Assembly (NCBI GenBank): GCA_963726255.1
Contig: CAVSBL010000002.1
Location: 1,760,001-1,824,000 of the forward strand
Direction: 5' to 3'
DNA from: Candidatus Bathyarchaeota archaeon
GTDB taxonomy: Archaea; Thermoproteota; Bathyarchaeia; 40CM-2-53-6
Length of the DNA: 64,000 nucleotides
Made by a program: the position numbers and the translations under genes. This document shows positions 37,018-46,287 of this stretch, one piece after another. Positions within the stretch are counted from its first letter, which is position 1. Each line of letters starts with the position of its first letter. Under the pieces are notes generated by a model. It saw only the letters and a program-made list of their open reading frames with translations. It was not told the origin of the DNA and did no database searches.

Positions 37018-37687
37018 CTTCCGGATTGCCAGGGCTAAGCGCGGAACGGGCAGTCTCGCTTATCCTGTATCTAAATGGGGCTTTGTTCGATTCGCGGTCA
37101 ACGTATCCTTCCAAGTACAACTTCTTCATCAATCGCGACGTGTGCTCCCTCGACTTGTTCAGGCGCCGTCCCAATTCAGGTGCTGCCTTAGGCCCTTCCC
37201 GGCTCAATATCTCCAAGGTTTCGCGCTCGGTGGGAGTCAGAGAAGACAAAACGTCCCCCTCGCGCACAACACCACCTAATGGAGGGCGTTTAGCGGGGGC
37301 TTCGACTGTTGGCCCTTTCTGTTGAAGGGAGGCAAACTTAGTTTTCGCCTGTTCGAGTTCGCTTATCAGACGTTTGTCATTGGCTAGGGTTTCCTGCATG
37401 CTCTTTAGCAGCTGACTATGGGACGAGTGAAGGGATGCTTGCTCCCACTCGACTCCCGAAGTCCGGCTCTTGACGCCGTCCAGCTCGACTTGCAGTTGGC
37501 TGACGACAGATTCGGATTGTTCAATGCGTGAGGTAAGGGCGTCTACGATCACGCTGACGAAGGAAGCTGACTCGGTGAGCGCCTGTTTACTCTGCTTGAA
37601 CGCTCGCACAGCCCTGCCTGCTAAGAGCAGGAGGGCTATGAATATCACAACAGAAAGGGCGTCCAGGGCTAACGTCAATGGGTCCAA
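36989..37687 (-). CDS. Membrane-anchored coiled-coil protein with C-terminal wHTH
   Basis: N-terminal TM (residues about 5-25), about 95-aa heptad region, then LTPTERETLEIL..EGPK.APEL...L.KSREHTSRLMKKLY.EGYV.R. Confidence 0.85.
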   Translation of the reverse strand: MDPLTLALDALSVVIFIALLLLAGRAVRAFKQSKQALTESASFVSVIVDALTSRIEQSESVVSQLQVELDGVKSRTSGVEWEQASLHSSHSQLLKSMQETLANDKRLISELEQAKTKFASLQQKGPTVEAPAKRPPLGGVVREGDVLSSLTPTERETLEILSREGPKAAPELGRRLNKSREHTSRLMKKLYLEGYVDRESNKAPFRYRISETARSALSPGNPEVTEKASEKT

Positions 37688-37731
37688 GGTTGAGAAGACG
37701 TTTGGACGAGCCTATTTTAGTCTCATTTACG

Positions 37732-37944
37732 CGTGTGATGTCACACGGCACATTTGACGTCACAATGATGACACGGTGATGGAAGAATGATGCGGCTCCG
37801 CATCACAATCTCACGAAACCCGCCGTATATGCGTGGGAAAGGCTGGAAATCACCTCTTTTCACGATATTCAGCCTACCTAAGCTCATCACGGTGATGCCG
37901 GGAGGATGTCCAGCGCTCATGAGACATCACGTGATGTCACGTGA
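37732..37944. repeat. Cluster of GTGATG/CATCAC and TGAYGTCA palindromic motifs
   Basis: CGTGTGATGTCACACG (37732-47), TGACGTCA (37755-62), TGATGACAC, GTGATG, CATCAC, CATCACGGTGATG (37885-97), ACATCACGTGATGTCACGTGA (37924-44). Confidence 0.8.
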
Positions 37945-37975
37945 GCAATTTTCAAATGAGCTTCGCTCGCCATTG

Positions 37976-38446
37976 TCAGAGTGTGTCTTTGAAACTTTGG
38001 CGTTTGGCTAGGGCGGAAATGCTTTCGAGGAGTCTTTGGTTCAATTGTTCGATGGCTTCGCGGTCAGTTTGGGATGACCTCTTAGCTTCCTGAATGTATC
38101 CCTGAATCGTGTCCGAGAGTTCGGTGAAGGGTTGAAGGGAGGGTGTATCGAAGAGCCCCACGTATCCAAGCAGCAAAATGGTGTAAATTGAGCGAACCAC
38201 ATTGTTTTGGCCTTGAATCAGGGTGCGATTGTACGCGCCACGGCTGACGCGTTTCCCAGACGGCCTAAAGAGTCGTCTTTGCGCCTTTAGTGCTCCCTTC
38301 TCACTTGAGAGAGAATCAGCGAGGAGGGTTTCTAACTGCGGGAGAGTAAGTTGGCTGCTCCGAAGAAGGAGTCGCGTCACAGGATCGGTCAAGGTCTCGC
38401 GAATTGAGGAACGGGCCTCAGACACCATATCTAGACGGTCAGACAC
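37976..38446 (-). CDS. Conserved hypothetical protein, HTH-like
   Basis: LTLPQLETL...VSRGAYNRTL.Q...N...SIYTILLLGYVG pattern resembling a region-4-type HTH followed by a helical bundle. Confidence 0.7.
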   Translation of the reverse strand: MSDRLDMVSEARSSIRETLTDPVTRLLLRSSQLTLPQLETLLADSLSSEKGALKAQRRLFRPSGKRVSRGAYNRTLIQGQNNVVRSIYTILLLGYVGLFDTPSLQPFTELSDTIQGYIQEAKRSSQTDREAIEQLNQRLLESISALAKRQSFKDTL

Positions 38447-38619
38447 ACCACCAGCCTCATGGATACGGTTTCGTATTCGCTTAAGACCTTTTTCGACGAC
38501 CCCGACTCAATCTCCACCCCCATCAATTTTCTACAACGTTCCATGAAAGTTCGCTGACGGCATGCAACCTTGAAATAAGCCGTGACTCATGTCAACTTCT
38601 ACTAAAGAAGGAAATCTGG

Positions 38620-38904
38620 TTGGGTAGACGCAGAAGAAGGGTCGTCAAAGTAATCAAGAAGAAACTGCCATCAGTTTTCACTTGCCCTTCCTGCGGCGAG
38701 GAATCAATACGCGTGAAATTGCCCCAAGGGCCGGGACCCGCTACAGTTCAATGCGGTGCCTGTGGAATCAAACGCGAATTCGAAGCCACACCCTCAAGCC
38801 AGATCGTCGACATCTACTGCAAGTTCACGGACGAATACTACAGCAAAGAGAAACCACCAGAAGCCCCCAAGCAAACATCCGAACCTCCCCCGCAAACGAC
38901 GTAG
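38620..38904 (+). CDS. elf1: Transcription elongation factor Elf1
   Basis: MGRRRRR...LPSVFTCPSCG...CGACG...VDIYCKFTD. Confidence 0.9.
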   Translation: MGRRRRRVVKVIKKKLPSVFTCPSCGEESIRVKLPQGPGPATVQCGACGIKREFEATPSSQIVDIYCKFTDEYYSKEKPPEAPKQTSEPPPQTT

Positions 38905-38992
38905 CCTCCCATCGCATCACTAGAGCCAGCTGAATCCTCGCGCCTCTCAGTGTTAAATTCCTCTTAGCTACTCTTTAGGCTGGGCTAGCCTA

Positions 38993-41900
38993 ATGGAGGC
39001 CTCCGTTCTCAGCGAACATGACGCGTATTTCCAACGCCTCAAAGATCAGTTAGATAGACTCTACGATCTTTCTAGGCAGGCGAGAGCGAAAGGATTCGAC
39101 CCCTCACCCGAACCTGAATCCCTAGTTACACACGACGTCGCCGAGCGTGTTGAGAAGGCAGTTGGCCCGGTTGGCGTGGCTTCAAGGATTCGTGAACATT
39201 CACGTGTCATGCAACGCGAGCTTGTGGCACTTAAGATGGCGGAAGAGATCGCCCTAGGTAAGTACGGGACTGGAGGGGAAGAAGCAGCTGAACAGGCGGT
39301 GCGAACGGCCTCCGCCATACTTGATGAGGGGGTAACCGCCGCCCCAATAGAGGGAATCTCAGACGTCCGAATTAGAACGAACCAGGATGGCAGCAAATAC
39401 CTAGCGGTCTACTTTGCCGGCCCCATAAGGTCGGCCGGCGGCACAGATATGGCGCTTATTCTCGTAATCACCGACTACGTTCGCCACCAACTCGGATTGG
39501 GCAAATACAAAGCTACGGAACTTGAAGCGAAACGATTCGTGGAGGAACTCCGCATCTATGAGAGAGAAGTCGCCCGATTCCAGTTCAAGGTATCAGATGA
39601 GGAGTTGTTCAACGCAATCATGCGGCTTCCGGTTGAAGTTAACGGCGTCGAAACCGACCCTGTCGAAGTGAGTGCGTACCGAAACGTGCCAAGAGTGGAA
39701 ACCAACCGGGTCAGGGGCGGAGCACTCAGGGTTGTCCACGACGGTTTGATTGGCAGAAGCCACAAGGTTCTGAAAATTGTGGACAGCCTCGGCATTGAAG
39801 GGTGGAGTTGGCTGAGGGAGATCAAGCCCCCAGTCGCTGAATCGGAGGAGGCACGTGAGTTCATGTTCATGGAGGACGTTCTCGCAGGCCGGCCAATATT
39901 CTCCTTCCCACAATTCCCCGGAGGCTTCAGGCTAAGGTATGGGCGGGCCAGAAACACAGGGTTGGCCGCCATTGGGGTACATCCCTCGACAATGATCGTT
40001 CTTGGAAAATTCATTGCGGTTGGGACACAGTTGAGGCTGGAGAAGCCTGGCAAAGCAGGGATAGCCGCGACGGTTGATTCCATTGAACCCCCAATCGTAA
40101 AACTAAAGGACGGGTCCGTCGCCAGGCTGCCCGACCCTAAGCAAGCGGAAAAACTGCTTGATTCAATTAGCAAGGTCCTCTTTCTCGGCGACCTTCTCAT
40201 AGGGTTCGGGGAATTCCTTGAAAACAACCGCCCACTCCTGCCGTCGGGTTTTGTTGAGGAATGGTGGCGGGAGCTCGTTAGGCTTGAGGCTGCGAACTAC
40301 GGTGGACTAGAGGCGTTCGCGAAACATGTCGATGTGAACGCCGCCGGACTAATCGAGTGGGCCGATGATTCAATTGGGGCCGTCCCAACCGCCGAAGACG
40401 CACTGCGCATCGCGAAACATTCCAACATACCCCTACACCCGCGGTACACCTACTTCTGGGAGAACATCGCCCCCCAGGACTTTGACCAGTTACGTTCCAG
40501 GCTGATGGACAAGGCCCAAACAGTAGCTTCCGCTACGCGAATCGTAACCAGAAGTGAGCCGTTAACCAAGGCCATTCTGGAGAACCTTTGCTTCCCCCAC
40601 AATGTCGACCATGAATCCATAGTAATCGAGGCCGAGGCGCCAATCCTGTACGAATGCCTCGGGCTGTCTTCCCCATCGAAACCACTCGAGGGCGGGGACG
40701 TCTTCCAGAAAATTGCCCAAGCATCGGGCATCCGCGTGATGAAGAAGGCCCCGGTCTATGTGGGCGCTAGGATGGGGCGGCCGGAGAAGGCAAAGCGGCG
40801 AGAGATGCGGCCGTTAGTCCACTGCCTCTTTCCCGTGGGGTTAGGTGGGGGCCCAAGGAGAAGCATCGTGGAGGCAGCAACGGAGCATGCCGTTATTTCC
40901 GTTGAAATAGCCTACCGAAAATGCAAGTGCGGCAACGTAACCCACCTTAACTTCTGTGAAAGATGCGGCGAGAAAACCACGAAGGTGTTTGTCTGCCCGA
41001 AATGTGGCGCTGAGGGCGCAAGCAAGACCTGCCCCAACTGCAGGAGCACCGCGCACGCGTATACAGAGAGAAGCGTGCCAATTCGGGATTTGTTGAATTT
41101 AGCGGAAAGAAAACTCTCCCTCACCGTGGTCCCCGAGTCTGTGAAAGGAGTGCGGGGGTTGACTAACGATGCTAAAGCACCGGAGCCGCTCGAGAAAGGC
41201 CTACTCCGGGCGAAACATGACGTGTCCGTCTTCAAAGATGGGACGATTCGATTCGACGCAACCAACGCCCCTCTTACACACTTCAAACCAGCTGAGGTAG
41301 GCGTCGAGGTTGAAAAGCTTCAAGCGCTAGGCTACAGCGTGGACATGAACGGCGAACCCCTCAAGTCAGCCGAGCAGTGTTGCAACCTCAAAGTGCACGA
41401 TATCATAGTAACCGAACAATGCGGCGACTATTTCGTCAGGGTTGCAAAGTTCCTTGATGAACTACTCCAAACCTTCTACGGCCTACCACCCTTCTACCAA
41501 GCCAGAACGAGACAGGACATAGTCGGCCAACTGGTCGTAGGCCTCTCCCCACACACGTCAGTCGGAGTCATCGGGCGCATCGTCGGATTCACCCGCGCCA
41601 GCGTCTGCCTCGCCCACCCCTTCTGGCACGCCACCAAGCGCCGCGATTGCTTCTCAGGAAAAGAAACGCTTCCCGTCTACGATGGAAAGGAGTGGAGAAT
41701 CCTTCCTATTCAAGAGCTAGTTGAAGACAAACTCCGTACGTGCAAGAGCAGAGAATACCCATTCGGTGAAGTCGTAGCAGAAGACCGAAGCCTACAGACA
41801 CTGGCACTTAACCCGCATACTATGCGTTACGACCTGAAACGAGTAATTGCATACTCTCGCCATCCCGCCCAGAATCACGTCGTAGAGCTAGTTACAAAGA

Positions 41901-43816
41901 GTGGGAGAAAGATAGTAACCACCGGAGTGCACCAGTTTCCGATCCCTAACGGACAAGTCCTAAGCAAAGTAAGTGCCCATGAAGCACCAAGAGTTCTCGT
42001 GCCCAAGAAACTGCAAATCCCCTTGAAGGACATCGACTTCGTGGATTTACTAGACCTCGATGATCCAAACATAATGATACGCGGCTGTCGAACGGTTTTG
42101 GAGAAGGCGTTACTGAGGGAAGGCGGCTTGGCAAGAACCGCCGCGAAACTCGGCTTGACATTCAAAGCCCTCTCGAACTACGTATATCGCGACTCGGTTC
42201 CAAAATGGGTTTTCCAGAAACTCAGGCTACAGGTTCCGAAAAACGCCAAGATTGCTGCAAAGCGGGACACCGTGGAACTGCCACGCATGTTGCCAGTGAA
42301 TAGAGACTTCCTGACGCTTCTGGGAATCTACTGTTCTGAGGGCTATGCTAGCAAACGCGCCGAGGCCTATCAGGTCACCCTATGCAACAAGAAACTGGAG
42401 AAACACGTTGTAAGAATCGCAAAGAAACTCTTCGGAGTCAACGTTTGGGTCGGCAAGGATGAGCAAACGATAAGCTCACGTTTGGTCTACAAACTATTCA
42501 CGGAGTATCTCAAGTGCGGGAGCAGGGCGAGTGAAAAGAGAGTCCCGAACTTCGTATTTTCACTCCCGAAGACGAAAGTCAAACACTTCTTGCGAGCGTA
42601 CTTCGAAGGAGACGGAAGCGTTTCCATGGCCAGCACTCTCGAAGCCAATTGCACCTCCATAAACCCGCTTCTCCTTCGTGACGTAGAATTTCTGCTCTCA
42701 AGATTTGGAATCGAAACATCCTGGCAGCATGACAGGAGGGTTAATCGCGGGAATGGTGTAGTTGGGGCCTTCTACAAAGGGAAGGGAATGGAGCGCGTTG
42801 ACGACTCTTTCAAGTTGCGCATGTTCGCTGCAAACGCGAAAGCATTCTGCCAACAGATAGGTTTCTACAGTCAGAAGAAAAACGGCAAAGCAAAGAGATT
42901 GTCGTCGCGTAAGTTTAGGTCGAGAAGCCATCTCCTAGGCCAGACGAAAATTGAAAGGGTAAAGGAGGTAACCATTCGCAGAAACGAGGAACCCTTCTAC
43001 AACATAACCGTGGAGGACCACCACAACCTAGTGATCTCTGGTGTAACATCAAACAATTGTGACGGTGATGAAGATTCTGTCAGCTTAGCGTTGGATATTT
43101 TGTTGAATTTTTCTAGGCAGTTTCTGCCTTCGAGGATTGGGGGGATCATGGATGCGCCCCTCTTGTTGACGGCAACCATCAAGCCAAGTGAGATAGCACG
43201 CCAGGCCTTCAACCTCGAAACGGTCCAACGCCTTCCGTTGAAGTTCTTTGAGGAGACACAGATACGTTCGGACCCGAAGACACTAACGGCGTTAATCGAG
43301 ACGGTGCAGCAAAAGCTTGGCTCCGACGCCGTCCTGGGGTCACTTGGCTTCACTCATGAGACTCGTGACTTCAACAGCGGAAACTTGGAAAGCGTGTACA
43401 AGAAGCTGGGGTCCATGATTGACAAGGTGACCTTGCAGCTGAATCTGGCTGAGTCGGTGAAGGCGGTGGAGGCTGGTGAAATTGCGAAACGGGTTCTGTC
43501 GACACATTTCATGCGGGACTTAACCGGAAACCTGAGGGCGTTTGCGGGGCAGCGGTTCCGCTGCACGAAGTGTAATGCAAAGTTTCGAAGGGTCCCATTG
43601 AAGGGCGCGTGCCCGCGTTGCGGTGGCAAACTCTCACTAACCGTGTACAGGGGCAGCGTAGAAAAATACTTGACCGTGGCGCAGGACTTGGTCAAGAAGT
43701 ACAACCTAGGCAAATACCATGAACAACGCCTACTACTTCTACATGAAGAGATCAATTCACTGTTCAATGAACAGGAGGAGAAAAGGAAACAACCCACCCT
43801 CGCGCAGTTTGTCTGA
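38993..43816 (+). CDS. polC: DNA polymerase D large (DP2, catalytic) subunit with intein
   Basis: AGPIRSAGGT, GFRLRYGRAR, GARMGRPEKAK.R, EKGLLRAKH, GLSPHTS, KRRD/CDGDED, GGIMDAPL and the C-terminal Zn finger. Confidence 0.97.
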   Translation: MEASVLSEHDAYFQRLKDQLDRLYDLSRQARAKGFDPSPEPESLVTHDVAERVEKAVGPVGVASRIREHSRVMQRELVALKMAEEIALGKYGTGGEEAAEQAVRTASAILDEGVTAAPIEGISDVRIRTNQDGSKYLAVYFAGPIRSAGGTDMALILVITDYVRHQLGLGKYKATELEAKRFVEELRIYEREVARFQFKVSDEELFNAIMRLPVEVNGVETDPVEVSAYRNVPRVETNRVRGGALRVVHDGLIGRSHKVLKIVDSLGIEGWSWLREIKPPVAESEEAREFMFMEDVLAGRPIFSFPQFPGGFRLRYGRARNTGLAAIGVHPSTMIVLGKFIAVGTQLRLEKPGKAGIAATVDSIEPPIVKLKDGSVARLPDPKQAEKLLDSISKVLFLGDLLIGFGEFLENNRPLLPSGFVEEWWRELVRLEAANYGGLEAFAKHVDVNAAGLIEWADDSIGAVPTAEDALRIAKHSNIPLHPRYTYFWENIAPQDFDQLRSRLMDKAQTVASATRIVTRSEPLTKAILENLCFPHNVDHESIVIEAEAPILYECLGLSSPSKPLEGGDVFQKIAQASGIRVMKKAPVYVGARMGRPEKAKRREMRPLVHCLFPVGLGGGPRRSIVEAATEHAVISVEIAYRKCKCGNVTHLNFCERCGEKTTKVFVCPKCGAEGASKTCPNCRSTAHAYTERSVPIRDLLNLAERKLSLTVVPESVKGVRGLTNDAKAPEPLEKGLLRAKHDVSVFKDGTIRFDATNAPLTHFKPAEVGVEVEKLQALGYSVDMNGEPLKSAEQCCNLKVHDIIVTEQCGDYFVRVAKFLDELLQTFYGLPPFYQARTRQDIVGQLVVGLSPHTSVGVIGRIVGFTRASVCLAHPFWHATKRRDCFSGKETLPVYDGKEWRILPIQELVEDKLRTCKSREYPFGEVVAEDRSLQTLALNPHTMRYDLKRVIAYSRHPAQNHVVELVTKSGRKIVTTGVHQFPIPNGQVLSKVSAHEAPRVLVPKKLQIPLKDIDFVDLLDLDDPNIMIRGCRTVLEKALLREGGLARTAAKLGLTFKALSNYVYRDSVPKWVFQKLRLQVPKNAKIAAKRDTVELPRMLPVNRDFLTLLGIYCSEGYASKRAEAYQVTLCNKKLEKHVVRIAKKLFGVNVWVGKDEQTISSRLVYKLFTEYLKCGSRASEKRVPNFVFSLPKTKVKHFLRAYFEGDGSVSMASTLEANCTSINPLLLRDVEFLLSRFGIETSWQHDRRVNRGNGVVGAFYKGKGMERVDDSFKLRMFAANAKAFCQQIGFYSQKKNGKAKRLSSRKFRSRSHLLGQTKIERVKEVTIRRNEEPFYNITVEDHHNLVISGVTSNNCDGDEDSVSLALDILLNFSRQFLPSRIGGIMDAPLLLTATIKPSEIARQAFNLETVQRLPLKFFEETQIRSDPKTLTALIETVQQKLGSDAVLGSLGFTHETRDFNSGNLESVYKKLGSMIDKVTLQLNLAESVKAVEAGEIAKRVLSTHFMRDLTGNLRAFAGQRFRCTKCNAKFRRVPLKGACPRCGGKLSLTVYRGSVEKYLTVAQDLVKKYNLGKYHEQRLLLLHEEINSLFNEQEEKRKQPTLAQFV
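41648..43057 (+). mobile_element. Intein with LAGLIDADG homing endonuclease (470 aa) in DP2
   Basis: Starts CFSGKE after HATKRRD; block B TTGVH; LAGLIDADG-like LLGIYCSEG and FLRAYFEGDGS; ends YNITVEDHHNLVISGVTSNN before the +1 Cys of CDGDED. Confidence 0.93.
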
Positions 43817-43825
43817 GATGATAAC

Positions 43826-44098
43826 ATGCCAAAGGCCCCCGCACTTCATCCAAAAGCCTACCTAACGTTGAAGAGGAACGTCAAAGCCGGATTGATGTCC
43901 AGGTCAAAAATCCTAGTCGTTCTTGAAAGGGAACGGAAGAGCGCCAGTGGCATAGCGAAAGAAGCTGCGCTCTCATACGAGTGCGTGGCTTACCATCTGA
44001 AGGCGTTAAGAAAAGAAAGGCTAGTTGACAGGCTAACTAAGACACGGCCGTTCACGTGGGGACTCACCCCATTCGGCCAACAGAAACTGCCAACGTAA
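43826..44098 (+). CDS. ArsR-like winged HTH protein
   Basis: RSKILVVLE...SASGIAKEAALSYECVAYHLKAL..E.LV.R; directly after DP2. Confidence 0.8.
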   Translation: MPKAPALHPKAYLTLKRNVKAGLMSRSKILVVLERERKSASGIAKEAALSYECVAYHLKALRKERLVDRLTKTRPFTWGLTPFGQQKLPT

Positions 44099-44175
44099 CC
44101 ACGGCCTTTTCACAAACACACTAATTACAAGCCTTCCCCTACTTCTTCCAAGAAACTCAGCCCCGGCGATATGAA

Positions 44176-44943
44176 ATGCAAACGGAGGTTAGGTACTCTC
44201 AACAACCGCAACTCAGCAAACCTGTAATGGTTTGCGGCCTGCCAGGAATCGGGTCCGTGGCCTGGCTTGCGGTCAGCCACCTGTTAAAGGAATTGAAGGC
44301 AGAGCTTTTCGCGGAAGTCTTTTCTCCCATGTTTTCGCCGAAGGTGTGGCTTACAGACGAGGGAGTGGTGCAATTGATGAAAGGAGAATTTCATTTCTGG
44401 AAAAACAACGGTGGCGGAACGGATTTGTTATTGTTTTCGGCAAATGAGCAACCGTACTCACCAGAGGGGCAGTATGAGCTGGCTGAAGTTGTTTTGGAAA
44501 TGGCGCAGAAGTTCGCTGTGAAAAGAGTCATCACGATGGGTGGGATGGCCACAGAAAGGTTCACCGAGCAACCAAAAGTGTACGTGGGCGGCACGGATGT
44601 GCAACAGGTAAAGGAATTGGAGGAGTATGGCGCCGTTAAACTTGCGGGGGGCGCAATAACGGGGACAAACGGCCTAATTTTCGGGCTTGCAAAACCAAGA
44701 AAGATACCTGCTATCTGCCTGCTCGCGGAAACTCCCGGTTACCTAACACTGGACGCCAACGCTGCGAAAGCGGCTTTGCAACTCGCCTCTAAGCTGCTGA
44801 ACATCTCAATGGACCTGTCGGCGTTGGAAAAACAGGCCAAGGAGAACGTTGACGCAGTGAAACGTGCGAAGGATCTGTCCCGCGGAGCTTTCCCACCTGA
44901 AGCTAAGAAAGGCGGCGAAAGAGAACTCCCGTACGTAAGCTGA
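44176..44943 (+). CDS. PAC2 family (proteasome assembly chaperone-like) protein
   Basis: GLPGIGSVA, EQP...GQYEL, ITMGG, G.ITG.NGL and CLLAETPGY..D..AA. Confidence 0.9.
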   Translation: MQTEVRYSQQPQLSKPVMVCGLPGIGSVAWLAVSHLLKELKAELFAEVFSPMFSPKVWLTDEGVVQLMKGEFHFWKNNGGGTDLLLFSANEQPYSPEGQYELAEVVLEMAQKFAVKRVITMGGMATERFTEQPKVYVGGTDVQQVKELEEYGAVKLAGGAITGTNGLIFGLAKPRKIPAICLLAETPGYLTLDANAAKAALQLASKLLNISMDLSALEKQAKENVDAVKRAKDLSRGAFPPEAKKGGERELPYVS

Positions 44944-44960
44944 CGCGCCCAGGGCTCCAA

Positions 44961-45122
44961 ATGAAAGTAATGTGCAACCAATGCGGTAAAGTGCTCGACC
45001 TTATGGGCTCAACGTCCTTTGCAGTAGAAGAATCTGGCCAACTGAAAACATACTACTTTTGCACTGATGAGCACATGACGGATTTCGCCCAGAAGAAAGG
45101 GCTGCCTTTAGGGAAGGATTAA
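44961..45122 (+). CDS. Small TRASH/YHS-like metal-binding protein (53 aa, not in ORF track)
   Basis: Manual translation MKVMCNQCGKVLDLMGSTSFAVEESGQLKTYYFCTDEHMTDFAQKKGLPLGKD. Confidence 0.7.
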   Translation: MKVMCNQCGKVLDLMGSTSFAVEESGQLKTYYFCTDEHMTDFAQKKGLPLGKD

Positions 45123-45153
45123 CTGCTCGCTCAACGCCATAGTCCCCGTAAGG

Positions 45154-45462
45154 GTGGATTATGGTATGTCGGCTTCCGACGAACTGAAGTCCGCCTCCAC
45201 AACTTTCGCTGCGTTAGGTAATAGTGTCCGGCTTCGCATTCTACTGATGCTCATGGATAGTAGGAAACCCTTGCACATTACTGCAGTCGCGAGCAACTTG
45301 AAGATGGATTATGGCGGAATTTACAGGCATGTAGAGGTTCTACGAGACGCAGGCCTTCTACAAGTCTATGAAGTGGGCAGGTCGAGAGTTCTCTCCCCCC
45401 TGAACGCAGATCTTCTGCGTGACCTCGTTTCGAAAGCGAAAAGCTTTAGTAAAAAGCGATAA
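45154..45462 (+). CDS. ArsR family transcriptional regulator
   Basis: FAALGNSVRLRIL...LHITAVA..L.MDY...YRHVEVLRDAGLL. Confidence 0.85.
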   Translation: MDYGMSASDELKSASTTFAALGNSVRLRILLMLMDSRKPLHITAVASNLKMDYGGIYRHVEVLRDAGLLQVYEVGRSRVLSPLNADLLRDLVSKAKSFSKKR

Positions 45463-45486
45463 TTTAAGGCCATAATGGACATGTAG

Positions 45487-45514
45487 TTATGATTATTTAG
45501 TAAAATTGTCATAA
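45487..45514. promoter_or_regulatory. Imperfect 28-bp palindrome (putative operator) in AT-rich promoter
   Basis: TTATGAttATTT-agta-AAATtgTCATAA-type symmetry upstream of the S-component/cofD/cofC genes. Confidence 0.45.
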
Positions 45515-45555
45515 TGTAAAGGTTAAGTAGTTGTGACTTATCGTGCGCACAATCT

Positions 45556-46251
45556 GTGGTTTCCTTGGCGCAAGCATTGTTTGCCAGACGAAGCGTGGCT
45601 TTGACTGGCGCTGCCGTGTTCGGGAGCTTGGCGGCTCTCACAACAATGGTGCTTCCAGCCAATATACAGCCCGCATTCCCACTATTGCCGTTCCTCCGTT
45701 TCGACCCGGCTGAATTATTCTCCGTCCTAGCCTTCTTGATCTTTGGCCCAATCCCAGCGCTGATAACCGCCACCGTTCACTGGGCAATTCTTGCAGAAAC
45801 TGGGACTAACGGCATCCTGGGCCCGACGGGGAAGTTCGCCGCAGTCTTGTCGACGCTGTTGGGGCTGTGGTTAGGGAGTATGGCTTACCGGCGAATTGCA
45901 CATAGAAGCACGCACACCTCTGTGGCCCTAGGCACGATGCTGGGCTTTGCAGCCTTGGCTCGTGTTGGCCTAATGCTCGTCCTCAACTACTTCATTTTCA
46001 CGTATATTGGGCCAGTTATTTTTGGAATCGATTACCTCGGCTTCAGCCAAAAGTCGCTTGCCGCGGTAGGGATGCAGTTCGCGAACCCATGGCAAGTGCT
46101 CTGGGCGATGCTCTTCTTCACCAGTATCTTCAACGGGTTGCACGCGGCCTTCTCTGTGGTCATCCCGTGCATGATTTTCACGCCTTTGAGTTTGAAGGTC
46201 CCTGAGATCGCTTCAGGTCATCCCTGGATTAGCAAGTTTACGTCCCATTAG
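45556..46251 (+). CDS. ECF S component, RibU-like
   Basis: AVFGSLAAL, FPLLPFLRFDPAELFSVLAFLIFGP, R...M..LNY and FNGLH; about 6 TM. Confidence 0.75.
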   Translation: MVSLAQALFARRSVALTGAAVFGSLAALTTMVLPANIQPAFPLLPFLRFDPAELFSVLAFLIFGPIPALITATVHWAILAETGTNGILGPTGKFAAVLSTLLGLWLGSMAYRRIAHRSTHTSVALGTMLGFAALARVGLMLVLNYFIFTYIGPVIFGIDYLGFSQKSLAAVGMQFANPWQVLWAMLFFTSIFNGLHAAFSVVIPCMIFTPLSLKVPEIASGHPWISKFTSH

Positions 46252-46287
46252 AGAAACGCTCCCGACTGCAAATACACGGTCCTCTTC

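Noticed and set aside
39061-43827. Numerous antisense/overlapping ORFs within DP2 and other long genes
   Set aside because: Shadow frames of well-supported genes with no recognisable motifs.
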